DNA from: a virus
Lineage: Duplodnaviria > Caudoviricetes
IMG/VR virus record: IMGVR_UViG_3300005611_000001
Length of the DNA: 64,000 bases
Direction: 5' to 3' (one strand)
Below, piece by piece: positions 1 to 7,624 of this stretch. The translations under genes and the position numbers were made by a program. Below the pieces are notes generated by a model. It ran no database searches. It saw only the letters and a list, made by a program, of their open reading frames with translations, and had not been told where the DNA came from. How positions within the stretch are numbered: position 1 is the first letter of the stretch; each line of letters opens with the position of its first letter.

Positions 1-1
1 A

Positions 2-205
2 GTATCTCGTCGTTCTAAAATTAAATGGTTATTAAAAATTCATAATGATAATGCATCGAAGTATTTTGATAGTCTTCTTTCTTATGAGTTTCGAAATGAG
101 TTACAAGAGTACGCTGAAGAAATAAAAGAATTAGAGATCCTTCTTTGGAAATTTGAATTGCCCTTACCTCCGGAAAAAATTAATCCAGTGGGATACGAAG
201 CTTAA
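2..205 (+). CDS. 3' end of a hypothetical protein (truncated by window start)
   Basis: Open frame VSRRSKIKWLL...PVGYEA ending at TAA 203-205. Confidence 0.6.
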   Translation, partial: VSRRSKIKWLLKIHNDNASKYFDSLLSYEFRNELQEYAEEIKELEILLWKFELPLPPEKINPVGYEA

Positions 206-260
206 TCTTTTTTAACATGGAAATAAATTATGAAAGCAGGTAAAGTTTGGGGTACTACTG

Positions 261-530
261 ATGACATTGTTCGGAGAACCGTTGGACAAAAAATCGATTG
301 ACTCTGATCTAAAAGCCCTGTACTCTTCTGTGCAGGGCAAAGTTGATCGTCATCTAGTCGAAGCGCTGGCTGATATTCGAAATGGTAAAGACCCCGAGGT
401 TGTGCTGCGTAAGTTCAGCCGACTTGCAACAAACACTCTTATTCATGGCCCCACAAAAGTAATTCGCGATCAAGACAATCCTGAACTGATCAAAAAAATC
501 ATAGGTATTGAAAATGAAGATAAATCATAG
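261..530 (+). CDS. Small protein resembling the glutamyl-tRNA reductase dimerisation domain
   Basis: ALADIRNGKDPEVVLRKFSRLATNTLIHGPT resembles the HemA C-terminal motif (AL..L..G.DPE.VL...A..LTNKL.H.PT); no catalytic domain. Confidence 0.5.
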   Translation: MTLFGEPLDKKSIDSDLKALYSSVQGKVDRHLVEALADIRNGKDPEVVLRKFSRLATNTLIHGPTKVIRDQDNPELIKKIIGIENEDKS

Positions 531-807
531 TAATGCAATTTTTGACCTTGAGCAAGAATTTATTAACTGCTGGGAAATCATCGATGATGTGAAAATGATT
601 ACAGATTACTTCACAGATGATCCGAAGTGGAAAGAGATGGATCCTGTTCTTGCAGATGCTCTGATGAATAAATACTATGGGCTTGCAGAAGTCTATGAAC
701 TTAGAATGCAGAAAGCATGGAACACCTTTGAAACTGTCTGCCGTGAATATCACGCAGCCAGACGCGCATCAAAACAAACTTACGGAGTCGAGCATGAAAG
801 CGATTAA
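508..807 (+). CDS. Hypothetical protein
   Basis: 99 aa ORF overlapping its neighbours, phage-like codon usage. Confidence 0.7.
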   Translation: MKMKINHSNAIFDLEQEFINCWEIIDDVKMITDYFTDDPKWKEMDPVLADALMNKYYGLAEVYELRMQKAWNTFETVCREYHAARRASKQTYGVEHESD

Positions 808-1006
808 GAACTATTTCAAGACCCTCTTTCTTGAAGAGTATCAGGTTGTCATTTGGAATGACGGCGCTGATGATCGCACCATTTATGCTCTGAAAAAGAT
901 TGAGAAGATCGATTCGAACAATCTGGTCGGCGTTCTCACCACCGGTGAAAGATTCGAAATGTGTGTCCAAACACCTTTCAATTTCACCGTTAAAAAGATT
1001 CATTGA
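794..1006 (+). CDS. Hypothetical protein (start MKAIKNY)
   Basis: GGAG SD upstream of ATG 794. Confidence 0.7.
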   Translation: MKAIKNYFKTLFLEEYQVVIWNDGADDRTIYALKKIEKIDSNNLVGVLTTGERFEMCVQTPFNFTVKKIH

Positions 1007-1148
1007 TATCGATATATCAAAATATTCTAAACTTTTTTATGAATATTTCATGAAAGTCTAAGACAACCTTTATACATAATTGCGTGTAGAAAAGTAACAC
1101 TACACACCGCCATCCCCCACAAACAAATATTTTTGGAGAATTTTTCAA

Positions 1149-1349
1149 ATGAAAAATCTAGTTGCGTTCGTCTGTCTTTTTGCCTCTGCTGGTGCTCTTG
1201 CTGTCACTGATTCTTATGTTGCTCGCCTGAATGACCAAGGTGAGTACTGCGCTAAAATTAATGTTGGTATCGTTACCCCCTACTTCAAGACCAAGTGCTA
1301 TACGCTTGAGCAGTGGGAAGAGAACGGTTTCACGGTCGAAGTTAAATAA
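1149..1349 (+). CDS. Small exported protein
   Basis: Signal peptide MKNLVAFVCLFASAGALA, two Cys, GGAG SD. Confidence 0.75.
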   Translation: MKNLVAFVCLFASAGALAVTDSYVARLNDQGEYCAKINVGIVTPYFKTKCYTLEQWEENGFTVEVK

Positions 1350-1370
1350 GAGGTTGCGATCAGATAATCA

Positions 1371-1604
1371 ATGGCAAACACATTTAAGTTTTATCTTCCT
1401 TTAATAGTAATTTTTGCTCTTTGCGTTTTCGGTCTGTTCGCGCCTGTAATCTACAGCGATGTGTACGGTGAGATTCTGAACAACTCACCAACGCTTTACA
1501 TGCCGATGGTGAATGTTGATTATCTGACCAATGAAATGTGCAATGATCCCACCAAACTGCACTATGTTCTTTGCGGTCTTGATGACTTGAATACTGTAGC
1601 ATAA
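1371..1604 (+). CDS. Small membrane-anchored protein
   Basis: N-terminal hydrophobic helix, GAGG SD. Confidence 0.6.
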   Translation: MANTFKFYLPLIVIFALCVFGLFAPVIYSDVYGEILNNSPTLYMPMVNVDYLTNEMCNDPTKLHYVLCGLDDLNTVA

Positions 1605-1627
1605 TCGGTTATACTATATACTATAGA

Positions 1628-1927
1628 ACGCACTGCTTTGATCTAGAAGTGGCAAAGGCTACAATCAGACTAAGATCCCTCCATTAGGAGGGTACGCGGG
1701 GGAGGATCCCGCAGGCAGTGCGTCTCTTTAGAGTATAGATTGGGCAGAGCGAACATAACTTGGAACATAAACTCGTTGCTTCCAAGTGACTGACCGATTC
1801 CTAAGCGAGGTGCGGAATCCTAGCAATCTATAAAGTCCTAAGGATTTAAAATCCTGGGCAGATTAATCACCGTGCGTGAAACTCGTTTCGGTTTGATTAG
1901 CAGCGGGTGGAAGCCCCGCACCTTTTT
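1628..1927 (+). ncRNA. Unidentified structured RNA (multi-hairpin domains)
   Basis: ORF-free; helices ACGCACTGC/GCAGTGCGT, TATAGATTG/CAATCTATA, ACTTGGAA/TTCCAAGT, GATTCC/GGAATC; ends in a GC hairpin plus T run. Confidence 0.6.
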
Positions 1928-2004
1928 AGAATAGGCACTGAGTATGCTTAAGCATCAGTTAGTCCTGTAGAGTCGCAATCTTGGGCAACAGTGTCTGTTC
2001 TAAT

Positions 2005-2310
2005 TTATTCGATGAAGCGGAGAGAAAGGTGATCTGGACAGAGGTTCAACTCCTCTCACCTCCACCAAAAGCACATACGCTGGATATGCAGATAGCATAT
2101 TGAGACATAAGAAACATCAGGTATGTGCTTTTGATGGGGGTGTACTGGTTTCGACAGGTGCTAAGTATCAAAGTGGAGAATCGTCAAGCGCTGACGCTAA
2201 ACAGAGCAACCTAAAATAAACGCAAACGATGACGTTTATACCGAGGACTTTGCGCTAGCAGCGTAAACCTCGCGGGGTTCGCCGGAGCCTTGTTACCCAA
2301 GTCCGGCACT
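2005..2310 (+). ncRNA. ssrA: Circularly permuted (two-piece) tmRNA; acceptor piece ends CCA 2067, coding piece starts 2136; outer ends approximate
   Basis: T-arm plus CACCTCC-A-CCA (2057-2067) lies upstream of GGGGGTG...TTCGAC (2136); G3-U wobble; tag ORF 2222-2266 ANDDVYTEDFALAA-stop. Confidence 0.9.
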
Positions 2311-2329
2311 AATTCGGAGAAATCTACAA

Positions 2330-2596
2330 ATGAAACCATTCAGTCAATACATTACAGAGTATAATGATGAAACTCTTGTGAAGAAGATAAAGCACCCTAG
2401 TGGGACCGTTTTAATGATCTCTCGCTACAAGAACGGACCCGATGAAGGTAAGTACATTGTTCGTGTATCCAAGAGTAATTATGAACGTGGAAAGCAGAAT
2501 CGCACGATGCGAGCTATACACGATAAGCCTCTCGATGCAGAAGCAGCCGTCGCCCTTTTTAATAAAAGAAAGAAATCGATCTGGAAGAAAAAATGA
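2330..2596 (+). CDS. Basic small protein with capsid-targeting-like N-terminus (putative internal head protein)
   Basis: MKPFSQYITE resembles the T4 internal protein CTS MKTYQEFIAE. Confidence 0.75.
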   Translation: MKPFSQYITEYNDETLVKKIKHPSGTVLMISRYKNGPDEGKYIVRVSKSNYERGKQNRTMRAIHDKPLDAEAAVALFNKRKKSIWKKK

Positions 2597-2601
2597 AATC
2601 A

Positions 2602-2659
2602 TTTCGACAGTTCTTCGCCTGGCGGCGTAAACTTCGCGGGGTCGGCACTAATTCGGAGA
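2602..2659 (+). repeat. Degenerate partial copy of the tmRNA coding-piece 3' region
   Basis: 2625-2641 matches 2261-2277 (16/17) and 2643-2659 matches 2304-2320 (17/17). Confidence 0.85.
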
Positions 2660-2665
2660 GAGTGA

Positions 2666-3355
2666 GTGCGAACATTACTGATTAGTGATGTACATATTGG
2701 GTTCAAGTTTTCTAGAGCCAAAGATGCAGTGACTGTTCTTGAAAAAGAAAAGTTTGACAGACTGATATTAGTTGGTGACATTTTTGATATTCAAAATATG
2801 ATGCATCGTGCATACTGGGATGAACATCACACTGCCTTCCTTAAGAAAATCCTCAAACTGGCTAAGAAAAAAGAAGTCATTTATGTAATTGGCAATCACG
2901 ATTATCCTCTCTATCATCTACAAGAATACACCAAGAAAATAGCAGGCATTCATCTATGCCGAGAGTACACTTACACTTCGGGTGACAAGACAATTCACTG
3001 TGTTCACGGTGACCAGTTTGATTCTGTCTCGCGCAAGATTCAAGTTCTTGGTGATTTCTTCTATAATATGCTTCTGCATCTAAATCGTTTGATTGGCAGA
3101 ATTCAGACACTGTTCGGATTCAAGTATCGCTCTTTTAGCAAGTGGTGCAAAGACAAGGTTAAGAACACGATCAGCAAAGCATTCTCAATTGAAGAGAAAC
3201 TGCATGCAATAGATAATGTTGATGTTGTGATTTACGGGCATACTCATATGCCTTATATTAGCGACACTCTTATCAACACGGGCACCTTTGTTGAGATTGC
3301 AACTTATGTCATTGAAGAGAACGGTGTGTTCGAACTAAAGGATTTGGATAAATGA
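2666..3355 (+). CDS. Metallophosphoesterase, UDP-2,3-diacylglucosamine hydrolase (LpxH)-like
   Basis: SDVHIG, GDIFD, GNHD, HGD, GHTH motifs; GTG start. Confidence 0.85.
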   Translation: MRTLLISDVHIGFKFSRAKDAVTVLEKEKFDRLILVGDIFDIQNMMHRAYWDEHHTAFLKKILKLAKKKEVIYVIGNHDYPLYHLQEYTKKIAGIHLCREYTYTSGDKTIHCVHGDQFDSVSRKIQVLGDFFYNMLLHLNRLIGRIQTLFGFKYRSFSKWCKDKVKNTISKAFSIEEKLHAIDNVDVVIYGHTHMPYISDTLINTGTFVEIATYVIEENGVFELKDLDK

Positions 3356-4065
3356 AAGATTTGGTGACTATTGTAGTCCCTTGTAAGAACGAAGAAAAGT
3401 ATATTCAATACTTGCTGTGTCATTTAGCCTCACAAGAAGATGCAAAGGGTGTTCGGATTATCATTGCGGATGCTTCGACCGATTCTACGCGTAGAATCAT
3501 AAAAGAGTACGGTAAACTGTACGAGTTGAATTATGAGATTATCGAAGGCGGTCCTGTGTCTGTCGCGAAGAATAATGGTGCTGCGCTGGTCAAGACTCCA
3601 TATACTTTGTTTATCGACGCTGATGTACAATTCTTTTCAAGAACAGTAATCAAAGATACTATTGCTCAGATGATCGACGAAGACCTTGATTTAATTGGTC
3701 TGAATATCAAATGCTACGATAAAGACATTGTGGCTAAGATTGGATTCTTCTCTTTCAATATCGTCAATCGTATTATGTCGAACTTTATTCCGTTCGCAGT
3801 AGGCGCTTACTTTCTTACGAAAACATCAAAGTTCCGTGAACTAGGTGGATTCCCAAATAAGTATGTTACGAGCGAAGATTTCTTTTTAAGTAAGATGTAC
3901 GATCATAAACGATTTAGAATCGCAAAACATTATTTTGGGCAAGATAGTAGGCGATTCAAGAAGATGGGATATTTTGGTATGCTAGGATATCTTATCCAAA
4001 ACTTCTTGAATCGCAACAATAAAAAGTATTGGGAAGAGAAAGACTTCTCTAAGTACTGGGACTAA
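3352..4065 (+). CDS. Glycosyltransferase family 2
   Basis: TIVVPCKNEE, DASTD, FIDAD, SED motifs. Confidence 0.85.
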   Translation: MKDLVTIVVPCKNEEKYIQYLLCHLASQEDAKGVRIIIADASTDSTRRIIKEYGKLYELNYEIIEGGPVSVAKNNGAALVKTPYTLFIDADVQFFSRTVIKDTIAQMIDEDLDLIGLNIKCYDKDIVAKIGFFSFNIVNRIMSNFIPFAVGAYFLTKTSKFRELGGFPNKYVTSEDFFLSKMYDHKRFRIAKHYFGQDSRRFKKMGYFGMLGYLIQNFLNRNNKKYWEEKDFSKYWD

Positions 4066-4371
4066 CTATTTGAGATAAGTTACTTGCTCAACTCTACACA
4101 TTTGAGTTTCGCCATTTACGCTCATTTCGAAATGTGCATTCTTATGAACTCTGCTTTGCTTAATGCCAAACTTCGTTCTTTCATCAAAAACGATTGACAC
4201 AGAAGCACCTTCTAAGTTATGATTGTTGCATGTATGATCAATTTCCCACGCAGCATTTCGATCCGAAACATATATCTTTTCTGATCCAACTTGCCAAGTT
4301 TGCGATTGTTTTACGGGAAAGTTTGCATATGCGCACGGTGTTAAGAGTAATATAAGTAGTAATGCTTTCAT
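4066..4371 (-). CDS. Small exported protein
   Basis: Signal peptide MKALLLILLLTPCAYA; only convincing minus-strand gene in the window. Confidence 0.7.
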   Translation of the reverse strand: MKALLLILLLTPCAYANFPVKQSQTWQVGSEKIYVSDRNAAWEIDHTCNNHNLEGASVSIVFDERTKFGIKQSRVHKNAHFEMSVNGETQMCRVEQVTYLK

Positions 4372-4429
4372 GGTTATACTCCATATTAACTGAGTGTATA
4401 TAGTATATATACGAAATGAGACTTTCATA

Positions 4430-4585
4430 ATGCATAAAAAAGAAAAAAATGACCAATTACTGGTCAAGATCAATAAAGAGACGAAGAAGAAGTTTATCGA
4501 ACTTTGTGAGAAAGACGATACTACTGCGAGCCGAGAAGTTCGAAAGTTTATCGAACGATACATTGAAGGCTTTATTGACGAATGA
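4430..4585 (+). CDS. Ribbon-helix-helix-like DNA-binding protein
   Basis: LLVKINKETKKKFIELC...TASREVRKFI pattern. Confidence 0.6.
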   Translation: MHKKEKNDQLLVKINKETKKKFIELCEKDDTTASREVRKFIERYIEGFIDE

Positions 4586-4809
4586 CTTTAGAGCAACTGA
4601 TCGAAATAGCCAAAGAAGTCGAGGTTGCTGATCCCTTTGACTGGGCGGATGTGGCTATCGGCGAAGACGAAGCGTACCGTCTCATGGCGATGAATTTGAT
4701 AGGCGAAGACTTGACACCAGAGATCATGCTTGCTACAATTGTGAAGTTGTGTGTTGAGAACCTTGTGCTGAATCTGAGACTGTTGCAAAATGAAACCAAA
4801 GTTCCTTAA
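4582..4809 (+). CDS. Hypothetical protein
   Basis: 75 aa ORF coupled to its neighbours. Confidence 0.75.
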   Translation: MTLEQLIEIAKEVEVADPFDWADVAIGEDEAYRLMAMNLIGEDLTPEIMLATIVKLCVENLVLNLRLLQNETKVP

Positions 4810-5275
4810 TGCTTTTATGGATACCGCGCATCGCTTTGCGCAACTGAGTACTGCTCGCCGCGCCAAAGTCGGCGCTATTATCGTCAAAGACTCTCGGATC
4901 ATATCCATCGGCTACAACGGCATGCCTGCAGGCTGGGACAACAACTGCGAGCATGAAGACTGGCCAGACTGGATCGAAAACAACCCCAAAGCACTCCGTG
5001 ACCCGGCTTACCTGCGTCTCCAGACGAAGGACGAGGTACTTCATGCTGAGACTAATGCTATTGCAAAGGTAGCGCGTAGCGCTGAATCCTGTGAGGGTGC
5101 GACGATGTTCTGCACTCACCTACCCTGCATTCAGTGTGCCAAACTGATCTACCAGAGCGGCATCGCATGTGTCTATTATGATAACGATTATCATTCAGCG
5201 GTAGGTGTCGGCAAAGAGTTTCTGCTACGCTCAGGCGTACGCACGATCCACTGGCCAATGAAATCAATGACTTAG
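4790..5275 (+). CDS. cd: dCMP deaminase
   Basis: GYNG, HAETNAI, PCIQC zinc motifs. Confidence 0.92.
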   Translation: MKPKFLNAFMDTAHRFAQLSTARRAKVGAIIVKDSRIISIGYNGMPAGWDNNCEHEDWPDWIENNPKALRDPAYLRLQTKDEVLHAETNAIAKVARSAESCEGATMFCTHLPCIQCAKLIYQSGIACVYYDNDYHSAVGVGKEFLLRSGVRTIHWPMKSMT

Positions 5276-5323
5276 CGGGCTGACGAACGGGCATTGACAA
5301 TCCATGGTCGGATATGAGATAAT
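5262..5323 (+). promoter_or_regulatory. Early sigma70-type promoter with upstream IHF-consensus site
   Basis: AATCAATGACTTA 5262-5274; TTGACA 5294; TGn-GATAAT 5318. Confidence 0.75.
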
Positions 5324-5350
5324 TCTCATGTATTTGGTCTGGAGATACCT

Positions 5351-5791
5351 ATGATCGATATCACCATTCAAGGTCGGATCAAGAACAAGTCTCTTGTCCG
5401 ATTCTATATCGAATCCCTCATTCACGAGCTTGGCATGGGTAAGATGCGCAAGCCTGAGATTCTGGTCAAGTTTCGTACTAACGCTGGTGGCGCGTTCGGG
5501 CTGTGTGACGGCGCGAAGGGTGAGTACGCTGTCATCCACATCGCTCGTACCTGCCCTATCACTCAGCGCAAGCTTGGCTTTCTTGAAATGATGCAGACTC
5601 TCGCCCACGAAATGGTGCATGCGCGCCAGTTCATTCGTGGTGAGTTAAAGAACGAGTGTGGCTGGGCATGGAAGGGGCGCAGGGCTGACGGCTACAACTA
5701 TGACAATCAGCCCTGGGAAAAAGAAGCGTTTCGTCTTGAAAAGAAACTATTCATGAAGTGCTTCCCTCACTTTGCAGACTTCACTAACTAA
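5351..5791 (+). CDS. Zincin-like metallopeptidase
   Basis: HEMVH followed by QPWEKEA. Confidence 0.75.
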   Translation: MIDITIQGRIKNKSLVRFYIESLIHELGMGKMRKPEILVKFRTNAGGAFGLCDGAKGEYAVIHIARTCPITQRKLGFLEMMQTLAHEMVHARQFIRGELKNECGWAWKGRRADGYNYDNQPWEKEAFRLEKKLFMKCFPHFADFTN

Positions 5792-6099
5792 TGCTCTATC
5801 ACACCAACACCACCAGTTATGACTACAGCGGGCGTAAGCGTAAGAAGCGTAAAGCAAAGGGCGAAGTGTACGAGAAGTTCACACCGTCGTTTCGCCCTCT
5901 CACCAAGCCGCTGTACAGTTATCGTAGCAATCGCGACCAGTATCAGTCGTTTGATAGTGGCAAAATGAATGTTGAAAAGAAAGAGAATACCAAGTATACT
6001 GGTACTCTAGTCAAGGGCATTTCGACTCTTCACAAGTCTAATGCTGTGCCCATCATTGATGAGCGAGAAGCAAAAGAACATGCAAGCATGCGGAGATAA
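5791..6099 (+). CDS. Hypothetical basic protein
   Basis: 102 aa coupled ORF. Confidence 0.75.
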   Translation: MLYHTNTTSYDYSGRKRKKRKAKGEVYEKFTPSFRPLTKPLYSYRSNRDQYQSFDSGKMNVEKKENTKYTGTLVKGISTLHKSNAVPIIDEREAKEHASMRR

Positions 6100-6101
6100 T
6101 T

Positions 6102-6347
6102 ATGGCTGAGCGATATCGTCAAGAAATTACTGAGTGGGGCTGTGCGAATCACATATATATTACTGAAGGCCGAGTGCTTTTAGGCTATATACCGCGCGGT
6201 TCTAATCAAGAGATTCGATTCATGGCTCCCAAGAAGCAATGGTCTCCCTCTCATCGTAAGTTCCGCGATCTTTCTAAAACTGAAGTGAGACAGATTAAGG
6301 ATACTTTCGATGTACGAATACAGGAGCAAACTTTTAAAAGTAATTGA
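6102..6347 (+). CDS. Hypothetical protein
   Basis: 81 aa ORF, GGAG SD. Confidence 0.7.
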   Translation: MAERYRQEITEWGCANHIYITEGRVLLGYIPRGSNQEIRFMAPKKQWSPSHRKFRDLSKTEVRQIKDTFDVRIQEQTFKSN

Positions 6348-6795
6348 CGGTGACACCGTTGATGTGGATATCGAACTAGGCTTTGGCATTGTTCTAGCCA
6401 ATGAGCGCGTTCGAATCATGGGGATTGACACACCCGAGTCTAGAACATCTGACAAGGTAGAGAAGCTGTTTGGGCTTGCTGCAAAGAATCGGCTCAAACA
6501 GCTTCTTGGGAAGAATCCCGTTCTCAAGACGCAAATTGCTAAAGACGGCGAAGACATGAAGGGTAAGTTCGGGCGAGTGCTTGGTGACTTTGATGTCTAT
6601 GACGCTAAGAATGACGCCTGGCGCCCAGTCACGGATGTCATGATCGAAGAGGGTCACTGCGTACCTTACTTTGGCGGTAGCAAAGAAGAGGTTCAAGCGA
6701 AGCACATGGTGAATCGTGAGAAACTGCTCCGCGAAGGCGTGGTTGACCGTGCTGAGTACGACAAGGCTGTCGCTCTTCTGGAAAAGCGTAAGTGA
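6310..6795 (+). CDS. Staphylococcal nuclease (thermonuclease)-like protein
   Basis: VIDGDTV, RVRIMGIDTPE, KFGRVLG motifs. Confidence 0.88.
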   Translation: MYEYRSKLLKVIDGDTVDVDIELGFGIVLANERVRIMGIDTPESRTSDKVEKLFGLAAKNRLKQLLGKNPVLKTQIAKDGEDMKGKFGRVLGDFDVYDAKNDAWRPVTDVMIEEGHCVPYFGGSKEEVQAKHMVNREKLLREGVVDRAEYDKAVALLEKRK

Positions 6796-6915
6796 TTCAA
6801 TAAGTTATAAGCTTATAACAAAATATTCTAAAAACGTTCTATTTTTTTCTCAAAACATCTTGTGGTCCTCTCTCGGCTGTGATACCATTGTATTGTAGCT
6901 GAGAGAGGACACTAC

Positions 6916-7518
6916 ATGAAAGACCATGTACTTTACTCCAACTATCTAGTTCGCCATCGCCTCAAGCAAAACAGAGGTTCTCTCGGGCAACGCGATAGTG
7001 AAATGACCAAGACCTATCGTGCCGAGTGGGTTGCTCAAGCCGACATGCGTATGATGGATCTCTATCCCACCTTTTCTGATATCAAAGAAGCGCAGCGCTT
7101 CACGAAGAAAGTCTGTCGGTCCAAGACCTGGGCTAAACTCTACGAAGAGAATCGTGCTTCCAAGCCTACGAGTGAACTGCCCGTGCGTCTCAAGATGACG
7201 GGGCACGGTCGTAAGACTGCAGGCTTCACCAACGGGCGCCGTATTGTGCTTGACCCTCACTCTGGTATGAATGTCTATGTGCTGCTGCACGAGATGACTC
7301 ACTGCCTTGGGCATATGCACCATGGTCGGTCGTTCCGCCGTGACCTGCTGAAGCTGGTGAGTCGCTTCATGGGTCGCCCTCAAGCGAATGCTCTGAAGAA
7401 TGCATTCAAGGCACACAAGCTGCCCTGCGGCGATGCTCGCAAGCCTCTGACCTTCGAACAGTGGAAAGCGGCTCGTGATCGCATGGTAAATGCTCGCAAA
7501 AAAATGCTTGACTGTTAG
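6916..7518 (+). CDS. SprT-like zinc metalloprotease-domain protein
   Basis: LLHEMTH...HHGRSF. Confidence 0.7.
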   Translation: MKDHVLYSNYLVRHRLKQNRGSLGQRDSEMTKTYRAEWVAQADMRMMDLYPTFSDIKEAQRFTKKVCRSKTWAKLYEENRASKPTSELPVRLKMTGHGRKTAGFTNGRRIVLDPHSGMNVYVLLHEMTHCLGHMHHGRSFRRDLLKLVSRFMGRPQANALKNAFKAHKLPCGDARKPLTFEQWKAARDRMVNARKKMLDC

Positions 7519-7624
7519 ATTAAAATAGATTAAGCTTTACTCGTAACGTTGTGTTACACCTAATCGAGGCGTTGATGCCTCACAACCAAGAGTCGTAGAT
7601 GACTCACACTAAGGAGAAGTAACT

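Noticed and set aside
1628-1927. RNase P, SRP, 6S or hammerhead identity
   Set aside because: Diagnostic conserved cores not found by eye
4066-4563. 165 aa version of the minus-strand ORF
   Set aside because: Overlaps a plus-strand gene; the signal peptide starts at 4371
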